A stretch of DNA of 63,499 bases, the filler included, from Lenisia limosa (Eukaryota; Protista; Breviatea), in NCBI GenBank assembly GCA_001655205.1. It is 10 parts of 10 records of this genome, joined end to end, with 100 filler letters (N's around TTAATTAATTAA, not from the genome) between each part and the next. Parts side by side here need not be neighbours in the genome. Positions count along the whole stretch, not along the records: positions 9,588 to 18,497 come from LPNZ01010301.1; positions 18,598 to 21,446 come from LPNZ01006336.1; positions 21,547 to 26,801 come from LPNZ01008814.1; 7 more parts are not named here. One strand, 5' to 3'. The translations under genes were made by a program, and so were the position numbers. Below are positions 12,901 to 24,500 of this stretch, piece after piece (positions within the stretch are counted from its first letter, which is position 1; every line of letters starts with the position of its first letter). The notes below the pieces were generated by a model. The model had not been told where the DNA came from. It did not search any database and worked only from the letters and a program-made list of their open reading frames with translations.

Positions 12901-15900
12901 TACATTACACCTACACCATCTACCCACTTGTACAAGCTTTGTCAATAATAGGCCAGATGCCCTCAACAGAACAGCTGAGTGCCTCAGACATTGTGAGGGT
13001 GTAGCCGGTATCACAGGAGAGCTTGCACTTGCCCTAAACTGATCAATTGCGTGGTGAGTAACATTTTATTGCTCATGCAAATAATGTTAACAGCGTAGAG
13101 ATTCATTCCGATCAAGTGAGATACAAATCTCTCTCGGTTCTGTATTTCAGAAAGCAAGTAATAATTCAAAAAAACAGACCCGATTTCATTTCACTTTTGA
13201 ATAGTTCATAAAACCAAAGCAAAAGCAGCAAAATCATCCCCCCCCCCCCACCAGCCAAGTGACACCTGAAGGGCAGGTCAGTCGCCCATGAGGCGGGTGG
13301 TCCGGTTGTGCGGGGCAAGACATCGCTATTTGAGTCACATTCGGGGTTTATTTAGATCCATAGAAAAAATATCAACAGGCTGTTGGTTTTTTTTATGATA
13401 TTTAACTCATTTTGAGATATGTTCAAGTCTGCAATGATCTGCGAAGTTATTTTAAAATGTTCAAGAGAGATAAGTCTTGTCCGATTTAAATTCGGAAATC
13501 ATATCAAATCGGTCAAGATTTGTCCCAGTAACTGAATATCATATGTTGATAATAAATATTGTGCAGAGTACTCCCTCGTTGTACAGGCCTGTTAAAAGCT
13601 GCTTCATTTATCATCATTGAATCAAGTGTCTTGCAAGAAATCATCCACAATCGCTTCAGCTTCCAGTTAGCTATTATTTGATACGATAGTGAAAAAACTC
13701 AAAAGTATATCAAATAGTAGAAAAAAAAGGGTTTCTAGGTCAGATCGGTAAACTATCGGAATATATCGATAATATATCACGTATTTCAGATATTTCTGGT
13801 CGGATTGAAGCCCTAGATTGTTTGGCCAAACACTGACCTTGACAGGCTGTAGCCAACAATGGCCAGGTTCCGCTAGCATCACATGAAACTGAAGTGAGGG
13901 AAGCCTCAAATCCTGGGAGGATGCAGTTAAATCAAAGAACTTCATGAACAGTATAATGAGGTCAAAAAATAACACGAGTTGAAAGTTTTTCTTAAATCAC
14001 GAGTAATTTGATCGGAAGGTAACAAAATCAACAAATTTACAATCAAAAATCAATAAACGAATTGCTATACTATCTATTTACAGCACCTCAAGATAAGAAA
14101 AAGATAAAATGTTCAAATTATTTAAAATTGTAATTATTTAAAAGTATCCCCTTGTCACCTTCATCACAATCAAGAGTGCAGGAGGACTGAGAATTGGGGT
14201 TTGAAGGACAGGTTAAGCTTCCATGAGACACCGTTGGGAGGGCATCACATTGGGCTGATTGTGGTAAAAGATAATACTATACCAAAGATCAAAAACATAA
14301 AAACAGTAATAATATCATCAAGATATCATCCACTGGTGATATGGAATTATAATTCAAAATGATGAACGAATTTTACAGAGTTTCATTGAGACTTGAAGAC
14401 CAATTTTAACAAGTTAAGTGTGAGCAAGAAGTAATATGATAAATATTCCTTAGAAAAAGTTGGTGCGATAAGTGACACCAGATGAGTGATTTATTGTGAA
14501 TTTTTGAAAATATCCACATACATTGACATGATGTTGACATATCATTCCATATGCCAAGGTCATCACATGTAACTTTATCTTGAGATGCACCAGAATCACA
14601 AGAAATTGTGCAACTTGAAAGAGAAGTCACAGGCACTGAGGGGTAAGGAAAAAAAATTAGTCTTTAGACAGATATGCAATAGACTCAATGATTCAGAATA
14701 CATCGTTTATGTAAACATACTATCACTGCACGATAGGCTTCCTCCTGGGATATCTGGCTGGCCTCTACAGATGGTTCCTAAGAAACATAAATGGATGTCT
14801 CCTATACAACTCAGCAAAAAAAAAGCTATCAGGTTGAATATATTCGATTGCAATGAATATTGCATCATCAATTTAATACATGTATAATATATCATATCAT
14901 ATAAGATTTCCTGGGATACAAATCTAAATGTTAACATTCTATTGATCCTGGAAGTAATTCATCAAAAGATATCTTATAATTGATACTTTGTATTAATGTT
15001 TGGTTGTTTAAGAATTCATAATTATTGATTATTTGGAAAACTGTGTCATTTTACAGAAAACCTCAACACTTATCAGACCTGTTGTACTTAATATTCCATA
15101 ATGGTGAAGGTTGAATCATTACCAATAGTGTTGCATGTTTCTATGTTCATTGGGACGGATTGGTCTGACGGTACTTCCAAAGGTATATGTTCAGGACAAG
15201 ACGAGCCAAACTCAAACGGACCGACATCGTAGTTGGCTCCAACTCTCTCGTCACAAATTTCAAACCTGGTAATTAGCTACTTGGATACACTTGGAAAGAA
15301 TTCAGTAAATTTTCCGAATACTCACCATTTCAGAATGTCTTGGAGTTTTAAGGGGAGTGATGCACTTCCTTTGTCTTTCAATGATTTTCCTAATCAGTAA
15401 ATTGAAACCCTAAAGTTTTGAAAATCAAATAATCAAATGGCTACAGTTAATGGTAAAAAATAGGGGGGAAAACCAACACGAAAATATTGATAAAAATAGC
15501 CTTGTGGTTTACAGAAGTTCAGTTGATTAAAGTCAACCGATTATATAATCACTGCTGCGGGTTGTGATATTTAACAGAATAATGCACTCTTACCAGCCAT
15601 TGATTTGAAGATGTTATGATCGTAATCCACGTTCCTGAAACTGTATTTGAAAGCCAGGTCCGATCTGAAGAGTCAACGCAAACCAGAAAAAATGTAACTA
15701 ATCCAGAAGATTCCATGTTCAGGTTGTTTCCCAAGAATTTATTGAAAACATGGTATTCTTATTCTCAAAATAAACTCTCTTCACAAGCCATTCTTACGAT
15801 CACAAACTCACAACCAAGCTCACGTGTCTCCGCCTCCTGCAGCTATATCAGGGTAGGAATAGCCAGAGAATCCGGGGTCAACTGTGTCCATTCCAAAAGG

Positions 15901-18335
15901 TTCAAACTATTATGTCATTTGTTTAAATACTAACTGCGATATAATAATGAATGGTATCTGTTGCATTGGAGGTGGTACTTAGGTTTGATAAGGTCCCCAG
16001 AAGATTATGTCACTTTATATAAAGTATCCGATTAGTTTTAAAAAATAGTATGCAGCAAAGGCATTAGAATATTCCACATTCGTCACTCAGCTGATGATAA
16101 TCCAAACCCACAAGTTTAAAGAAGTTATCCGCATTCAAGTTTGCGACTTCGGAAAGGGCCGTAATTTTGACATTTCCGCCACACCCGCTGCCAACACATG
16201 ACAGAATACCTAATGAATAAACTGGGTATTTAAAAAAGTGCGCAATTAACAAACACAATCTGAAAATATGGTCCAAGACTAAGTGGTCCAAGATAAAATA
16301 TGATTGTAATATTTGTATTGTCTGTAATTAAAACGAGAGACTTGTCATAAAGCCTTTGTGACTCTGTGCCCAACCATTTTTCCAAAATGAGTCGTCCCAT
16401 CCTGCTTCCCAATATGCATTGTAGTCGAACTCCATCAGCGCCCTAAATAATTACTATGAGGTTTTTGGTGAGGGTAGTGGTTATGAGATATAATTGGTAT
16501 GTTATGCTGCGTAAGATGAAGTGGGTCACCAAGAAGCAATACAACGCAGTAATGGCATTTTGGTTAATGGTATCACAATGTACTTTTGTTTCTTCAGAAG
16601 GCTTTCACAAATATAGTACGGCAGGGTCATAATATTTGACGTTAGAAGAACAACAAAGAGTGTGTCATTAACTATTAGGGGGGACCATATGGTTGATAAA
16701 TCAATTTGTAGTCCTGGAGGGTAAGTATGTGAAATAAAACAAGCGTACTACTGTAGCGTTTCACTTGATTGGCTGAATACAACAAGTTTGATAAGGTATA
16801 GTAGCAACAGTCACTCGTCACCTAGTGGTGGATGCCTAATTGAGAGTCGCCTCAAACCATCACCACCAAAACCATCACAAACAAACCTGTCAATGATGGT
16901 GGTTCCTGGTCCAATGGAAACTGTGTAGGCCGCTGGGGGGAGCTTGGTGATATGGAATGGACGCAATAAAACAAAGCTTCCTTTTTGGTCCGAATTATAA
17001 CATCAGTATTTCTCGAGAACTCAAAGTACAATAATCCAAAATAAATATTGCGGAAAGTATTCAAAGATGAAGTGAAGCATGGTCAATAATAGGCGCAAAC
17101 AAAAACAAAACATAACGTGCTTCAAATATCAGAGACAGCTTCCCCATAAACACCCTCCTAGAGTAGTACGGCGCACTTTGCTTATGGAACAGGTTGTTGA
17201 GAACTCTCATCTGTCCAATAGGATTAACACGATAAGACACTGCCGCTCCAGACATTCCATGGCTGAAGAGATTGTTGACATCTAGTGACTCCCCCTAGTT
17301 GGGTGAAAATGGTTTACATCTAATAGTATACATCTCCAAAAACACCACCGCATATCCAAATTGCACGGTTTAACGTACATGGTTTTGGAGCATCGTGTGC
17401 ATGATTGCGGCATCTCCAATGTTGAAAACAATGTTTCTAAATAATCAGGGGGCTCAGTGGTGCTTGAGGAAAACACAGTTACAATCGTTAAGAAATGATG
17501 CTGTTGTAGAAAAATCAAAATCATTTAAAGTTGGTAACAGTAGCAACTACACAAAGCTCCTGTAATAAAGCGTCAAGTAAAGGCTATTGATTATGTTCAA
17601 GAGAACACGAGTTAATAAAGCTACCTGTAGAAGGCGGTGCCTGTTGAGAAGTCGGAGTACAGACCAAAACCAGCATGGCCTGCAAAGTTCCAGAGATGCC
17701 GCTGTTGGCTGAAGTGTGAGGGCAATGAAGACGATAAAAGAGTTAAAAGAACAACTGTTTGTATTGAAAAAAATAATAAAATCATGCAGGGCTCACACAG
17801 TGTTGATTATTACTCTATAATTTCACGTCTTTAATGGGGCAATAATAAACAAGGTTGTATCACTTACAAGATATATTGGATATAGAACCTTGTCCAAAGA
17901 CATTGACCTTCTCACCTCGGATTTGACCATCCAAACGTATTGTAGCAAACATTCTGGAAGACAAGCGTGTTGACGAACTCTCTCATTCCAGATGTACCCA
18001 TCATCTGTTGCGTGAGCTAGATTGATATATTCTCAAAGGAACGATATATTAATAGCTGAGAAACAATTACTAAAAACACTCACAATCAAATTCAGAAATA
18101 AATATTTTCCACCCTAGCCCCCACCCCTTACCCCCAATAATCACAGCGAGTTGGTTTTGGCCTTACTAACTATTTGGGTCTAGTCCATATGAGTGGTATT
18201 TTCATACTCTCAATCCCCGTACCTTGATGCAAGCGCAGTCTGACGCGTGTTGGCAGGCCTCAGTAAAAGTGTTTCGAGCAATTAAGTTTCCGCCACGCCA
18301 TGAAGAGGGATCTGATTGCACAGGGTCTGGAAGAC
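9978..18335 (-). CDS. Multi-exon mosaic protein: right-handed parallel beta-helix (GH141-like) + ~4-5 Sushi/CCP domains + furin-like Cys-rich repeats; 5'-truncated
   Basis: Hand-spliced minus-strand exons: NLIARNTFTEACQHASDCACIK; HAGFGLYSDFSTGTAFYR-NIVFN; VNNLF...VLNNLF; EFDYNAYW; VDPGF; SDLAFKYSFRNVDY; Sushi-type CRGQPDIPGGSLSC...CTISCDSGASQDKVTCDDLGIWNDMSTSCQ, CDALPTVSHGSLTC...CTLDCDEG...VSCDASGTWPLLATACQ, CKLSCDTGYTL...CSVEGIWPIIDKAC, CDLSCDPTFTL...CDYEGHWEDITNAC; then CPEGCVCSGIHCTACN and CPDGCSTCSSEMVCTTCN. Some joins (~15.1 kb) not resolved. Confidence 0.75.
10113..10235 (+). repeat. Dispersed repeat family B, truncated copy with tandemly duplicated core
   Basis: agcaatgagaaataa...gtatctgactgaagccgtcaacacca followed by second gtatctggtcgaagccgtccacacca. 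Confidence 0.8.
10502..10577. mobile_element. 76-bp Tc1/mariner-type MITE
   Basis: TA|CAGTGACTGGGATAAGT...ACTTATCCAGGTCACTC|TA: ~17-bp imperfect TIR, TA on both flanks, CAGTG start. Confidence 0.6.
10884..10980. mobile_element. MITE family A copy 3
   Basis: ggcttcacttcggttcaag...tagtctttttttgaactgaagtgaact; intronic. Confidence 0.8.
11316..11408. mobile_element. MITE family A copy 4
   Basis: tta|ggacttcacttcggtcc...cagtctttttttgaaccaaagtgaatct|tta; TTA on both sides. Confidence 0.8.
13739..13813. mobile_element. Degenerate relative of MITE family A
   Basis: gggtttc...atcgataat...gaagccc ends and TCGA-rich interior; further worn fragments near 22850-22910, 24955-25000, 41130-41190, 59385-59440. 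Confidence 0.45.
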
Positions 18336-18541
18336 CTGAGGAGGAGGGTAGGGTGACTAAACGTGCTGCAGAAAGAGAGAAAGCCTGAGATAATCATTGA
18401 AAAAATCAGATGTTTGAAAATAAAAAAACTACAAAACATATATATGCTGCTGCACCAAAACCGTGTCATTAATTCAGAAACCGTGTCATTAATTATTNNN
18501 NNNNNNNNNNNNNNNNNNNNNNNNNNNNNNNNNNNNNNNNN

Positions 18542-18553
18542 TTAATTAATTAA
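18542..18553. other. Artificial contig linker
   Basis: TTAATTAATTAA within N spacer. Confidence 0.95.
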
Positions 18554-18849
18554 NNNNNNNNNNNNNNNNNNNNNNNNNNNNNNNNNNNNNNNNNNNNACC
18601 CGCATTACGCACTACATCCAGCCCTAGGAACTACTCAGGGTGGGGGAGGGGGGGGGGTTAAAAAGCAAAACAATAAAACACCTTACTGTATTAGCTGAAC
18701 ATTGTACTCTGATTCAATATTATTTGTGCAAGAGCTTGTAATTGGGAGTCGTTTTTTTTTGTATACTGTACAGAATGTTTTATTTTTAGTTGTCTTTTCA
18801 TGAAGTAAATTGGTACAGCTAGCATTTTTTCTTGTTCTAATCCGTTTAG

Positions 18850-21383
18850 CACCCCAACATCAACCCCGACGAGATTGACCCCCTCAAAAATTCCGCATGA
18901 ACCCCCCAGACAAATCCAGGTTGGGCTGATTCAGAAGTAAGATCTTTTTTAGCATCAACTATCTCTCCCCCCCCCCCCCNNNNNNNNNNNNNNNNNNNNN
19001 NNNNNNNNNNNNNNNNNNNNNNNNNNNNNNNNNNNNNNNNNNNNNNNNNNNNNNNNNNNNNNNNNNNNNNNNNNNNNNNNNNNNNNNNNNNNNNNNNNNN
19101 NNNNNNNNNNNNNNNNNNNNNNNNNNNNNNNNNNNNNNNNNNNNNNNNNNNNNNNNNNNNNNNNNNNNNNNNNNNNNNNNNNNNNNNNNNNNNNNNNNNN
19201 NNNNNNNNNNNNNNNNNNNNNNNNNNNNNNNNNNNNNNNNNNNNNNNNNNNNNNNNNNNNNNNNNNNNGTCATGTTTGCAGGGCTTGGAGGAGAATTAGA
19301 TACTAACTAATACAACTATCTGTGGTTGTGTGCTTAAAAGTCAAACAAGCAGATACCTCCACTCTTTACCCTTGTTCTATATTCTTATAAACACTCCACA
19401 CTTGACCCTTGTTGTCGATCTGCCGCGAGCCATACTGTCCCGCACCACCCTGACCGACATGTTCGAGATGAACTCTCTGAAGCAAGTCAAGGTAAATTCG
19501 GGACTGTTCGTTTGGTGTCATATGTCAAAGGAAGTAAAATACAAACAGAAACTGTTTAGTATAATTGTTGGCTACTCATTATTGCCATTTAGTGCTATTA
19601 TTCTCATATTGCAGTATTTATACAAGAAAGCATTCACCCCTTTATAGCTGGCTATCACCATCTTATTATCCAACCCATCGCCGCCCTCTCACCTCTTAAC
19701 CCCCCAACTACCGTCATTCACCCAGTCATAGACCACCATCATTCGCGTGAAGTACCAAATCCCTCGACTTATTGGGAGTCTCTCATGAGTTCCGTAACCT
19801 ACACTGCCACGATACCTGCACCGTCTAAATCGGGTGACCGCCCGAAGCCTTCACATCAAATTAACCAAAGTGGGTTCTAGGCTGGACTTATTTGTCTATG
19901 GTAAATTCTTGGTAAATTGAAATATAGTAGTTTTTTTCTCAGAAAATATCACTTTCACCTCTTTCCCCGTCAGACCTCCCAAAAGCCCAAGAAAAGTCCA
20001 GGGCACACACAGCTCGAACTCGCCCCTCTCCAATCTACCCCCAACCCACTTCCCTGTTATCGCGCCCTGACGTTGTTCCTAAGGTTGGTGGGGGGTATTG
20101 CTCTAACAAGGGCTTCCTAATGGGTACCGTGATAGGACTCAACCTACATCTTACTTCTCTAATAACCCAATATCATATCTCCTGTGATGACATGAAAAGC
20201 TTCAGCGGATACAACAGATTTTGATTTTGATTTCTGAATACACTGGAGGCACACAGAAAGCTATGTGCACAGGAGTTGTAAATGATTGGGTGAATTAATA
20301 TTATATACTTATAAGCGTGATGGTGTGTACAACTTCGGCCAGATACAACCTTGTTGTTTGCTTATCATTGCTATGATATACTATGTTTTGTACCTAAACC
20401 AATTCAGGTAAAACGACCGTCCAGCGCTGAACACGTCAAAAGCTCCCTTTCTAGCCTGGCTAGACCGGTTTCCGCCAAAGCTCCACAAAAGTTGGAGTTG
20501 TTAGATACGGGGTCTCCACATCAGTATTATAAAAAAAATCAACAGATTAACAAAAATTGAACTTTACTTTGTAAATCACATGAAGTATATTATCATTTCC
20601 CTTGCTCCTCTCACGGAACAGACCAAAGTCGCACACAGACTTGCCTGAACTGCAACAGCGATCATCTTCATCATCCCACACCCTGTCCAGTAGGCAAAAC
20701 TGGCTCGGATTTTTGTTCAATTTTCTCTAAGATTGGGGCATATTGAGCCAAAGCTTGGAGTCTTTCAAACTAAAGTAAAGTTAACACTAAATCGTTTCAA
20801 AGAAGGCGTCTTAGAACAATTTTCTAGCAGCATTCTTGACAATTTTCTGAATTACCACCTTGCTTTAAGGGGAAGGAAGTGGAAAATTTCTGGAACTTTT
20901 ACAGAAAAACAGATTTCCCGTGTCCTTGCGTGTATTTCAAGCCTCTTGCTACTAATCTATATTTTGAATCCCCGTTTTTTACCCTGCAGCTCCCTCGTCT
21001 CTCAATATGACGCTATCTGAACAAGGGCTCCCGAAACCCCCAAAAATAGAGGTACATAGGGGGTGTATTTCCCGAAAAATGAGGATCATAGGGAGGCTAA
21101 AGGACCGAAATTTCTTTGATGAGTATTTGGTATTCGACCTGGATCTGTCGTTTTATAGACACCGTTCCAGTATTATCGGAATTATTTAGCAAAATACAAG
21201 TAGTATGTAAAAAAAAGTCATTGCATCGTCTAAATCACAGTTTCCCGATATTCATCAAGCAGAAAGAAGAGCCTGCTCGAGCAATAGGAAGCCCGTTAGA
21301 TAATGAGCTGAAAAAACTTGCCGCAGAACCACGGAGAACTTCGAATCTCATTAGAAACGCTGCACAACGCCGACTGCCTGCAG
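18850..21383 (+). CDS. Multi-exon hypothetical Pro/Ser-rich protein (partial)
   Basis: AG/GT-bounded blocks TPTSTPTRLTPSKIPHEPPQTNPGWADSE, VVDLPRAILSRTTLTDMFEMNSLKQVK, TSQKPKKSPGHTQLELAPLQ, VKRPSSAEHVKSSLSSLARP, KEEPARAIGSPLDNELKKLAAEPRR. Confidence 0.4.
20244..20381 (-). repeat. Dispersed repeat family B copy
   Basis: ggaggcacacagaaagctatgtgcac...aacttcggccagatacaacc is the reverse complement of the family B consensus. Confidence 0.85.
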
Positions 21384-21490
21384 GTGGGGGGGGCTGTAGG
21401 TACACACACACATTCAACCAACATTAACCTCTCTCTTCTCTCCCCCNNNNNNNNNNNNNNNNNNNNNNNNNNNNNNNNNNNNNNNNNNNN

Positions 21491-21502
21491 TTAATTAATT
21501 AA
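21491..21502. other. Artificial contig linker
   Basis: TTAATTAATTAA within N spacer. Confidence 0.95.
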
Positions 21503-21555
21503 NNNNNNNNNNNNNNNNNNNNNNNNNNNNNNNNNNNNNNNNNNNNCTCCCCCAG

Positions 21556-24500
21556 CCACGGAAGCACACGGGGCTCCATGCTGCAGCACTTGGCGGTCAC
21601 GTACCAGTTTTTGACTACCTTATTGAACACGATGCCAATCCCCTGGCTGCCAGCAAGAACGTGGGTTGGAGAGAAGGTATCGGACATGATTGAACTATTG
21701 ATCCTTTTCCGACCGCCAGGAGGGTCGAGCTTCCTCCAATGCTGCAGAACGACTGGCCTGGGCTGTTTTTGTTTCAACTTATGAGTTTTTCTAGCCAACA
21801 AAGTTGCTTTTGGGCTCTTTTTTTCATTTAACCTCCCCTCCTCAGGGATCCCTCGCTCTGCATTACGCTTGTACCTCAGGAGCATTGGAGATAGTGAGGT
21901 ACTACTTTCTGCGCTTGAATCACGACGGTGCACCGTTCAAGACCTTAGAAGGAAATGTATGCAGACTTTCTGCTTTTGTTTTTCTTTTATTCTACTCTAC
22001 ATATCGATAATACAGGAATTCGCGCAATCTAAACAATGTCGACAAATGTGTTGGTGTTAGATTTGGGCCTAATCGTGAAAAGTCTGTTTCCTGATATGGA
22101 AATTGTCATACGTTGTTGAGTTGTCCTTAGTTCTTCTTTTCCCTGGCAAGATAATTTATTTTGTATCCGATACCTTATGCCTTCCTGTTTTTTAGTTCGT
22201 TACATTGGTTTTTGCCATTTGGCAGAGATGATTTTAGAGTCCCCCTCCCTTCCTTACCGAACTCTGTTTAGTTTTTCCAAGCCAAATATGTTGAATCTCG
22301 GTGTTTTGTTAAATATATTTTCCAGTGTTACTCCCCTGTGTGTTTTTAGTCAACAGGGTTGAGTTTGGGCGTTTTTTTTTTGATTTAATAAATCTTGTTC
22401 GTTTTTGTAAGCCAACCGAGTTGTTTTGGGCTTTTTTGTTTCATAAATTTTCNNNNNNNNNNNNNNNNNNNNNNNNNNNNNNNNNNNNNNNNNNNNNNNN
22501 NNNNNNNNNNNNNNNNNNNNNNNNNNNNNNNNNNNNNNNNNNNNNNNNNNNNNNNNNNNNNNNNNNNNNNNNNNNNNNNNNNNNNNNNNNNNNNNNNNNN
22601 NNNNNNNNNNNNNNNNNNNNNNNNNNNNNNNNNNNNNNNNNNNNNNNNNNNNNNNNNNNNNNNNNNNNNNNNNNNNNNNNNNNCCTTCGGTTTACTCCCC
22701 AGTCCGGCCTTGGTCTTGCCGCCGCGGGTAACAACACCGAAGTTATGGAGGTCCTTATTGAGCATGGGGCGGACGTCAACGAACTCAGCATGAATGTGGG
22801 AGTTGGGAGTTGGGGTATTATGTCGGGAAATATGGTGGGTTGAAGTATACTGAATGTCTGATAAATCTTCGAAAAATATCGATATTTGAACGTTCTTTTT
22901 CGGACCCAGGGAATCCCTAATTATGCTGGTGCTAGAATAATACATGTGGTGGCGTTGGAGGAATATTAGCAAGCAAACTGGAGTGATGTCATGCCCCCCC
23001 CCCCCCCCNNNNNNNNNNNNNNNNNNNNNNNNNNNNNNNNNNNNNNNNNNNNNNNNNNNNNNNNNNNNNNNNNNNNNNNNNNNNNNNNNNNNNNNNNNNN
23101 NNNNNNNNNNNNNNNNNNNNNNNNNNNNNNNNNNNNNNNNNNNNNNNNNNNNNNNNNNNNNNNNNNNNNNNNNNNNNNNNNNNNNNNNNNNNNNNTACTA
23201 ATCACGAAACAAATAATCTGGAAGGAATATTATATGGGGGAAATTGGAAAATTTATGAAACAAAAAAAGCCCAAAGTAAACATAGGGTTGAACCTGGGAT
23301 GGGTAAATTTTATGAAGTGTGGGTAAACTTACAATTCCGTTTTGACAGTTTACCCACACCTCTTGTGCCCAGATTAACGATTGTTTCACTTTTTTTTGAA
23401 ACTTTGGGTAAAAAGTGGATGGTTGGCTAGCAACACACAAGGTTTGAAAACAACATAAACGGGTTACGCATTGGCGTATTGGGAGGGGGTGATCATGTTG
23501 TTTCTATCTCTACTTTACCCAATCATTACCAGCCCAATAACGCAGTTGCCACAATTCTCACTCCCCTCAGCCTAATGAAACAACTCGAACAGCCCAAGGA
23601 CGCCCCCCTCTCGGCCCCCTCCAGGCAGCCGTCACCTACGGCAATATTGACGTTCTCCGCTTTCTTCTTGATAGGGGCGCACGCATCGAATCCNNNNNNN
23701 NNNNNNNNNNNNNNNNNNNNNNNNNNNNNNNNNNNNNNNNNNNNNNNNNNNNNNNNNNNNNNNNNNNNNNNNNNNNNNNNNNNNNNNNNNNNNNNNNNNN
23801 NNNNNNNNNNNNNNNNNNNNNNNNNNNNNNNNNNNNNNNNNNNNNNNNNNNNNNNNNNNNNNNNNNNNNNNNNNNNNNNNNNNNNNNNNNNNNNNNNNNN
23901 NNNNNNNNNNNNNNNNNNNNNNNTATGTATGTACAGTGACCGAGATTAGCCTTAACCGGTTTTCCTTGGGAAATCATGTAACCAAAACGCTTTCATGCTA
24001 ACTACGTGTTACCTTCTACCCCCCTCCAATGCATCTTTTTAGTTCTCACAAGACAGTCAGAGCTGCCGATACTGTTTTGGGCCTCTGCATACGGCTACAT
24101 TGACATCGTAAAACTACTGGTTGAACGAGGGGCAGATGTACAGCGGCTCGACTCTCAAGTGGGAAGGGGGGTATGAACATGATGAAGGATGTTGATGATG
24201 AAGGATGTTGATGATGAAGGATGTTGATGATGAAGGATGTTGATGATGAAGAAGAGTTATGATGATTGATGTGGATTAAACTTGTATGTGTGTGTGTGTG
24301 TGGGATATATGATGACTTTCGAGTGTTAGATTGATTGACCATTTGATTGCTATAATCCAATATATCTTATGTAAACGGCTTAGGCCAAAAACAGTCTTGT
24401 TTTATTTCTCATTTCTGTATCATATAGAAACAATTTTACCCTGTGTTGATTGTCAAGAATCGAGGTCCTCTGCACTGGAGCTGCATGATGTCCAACAAAC

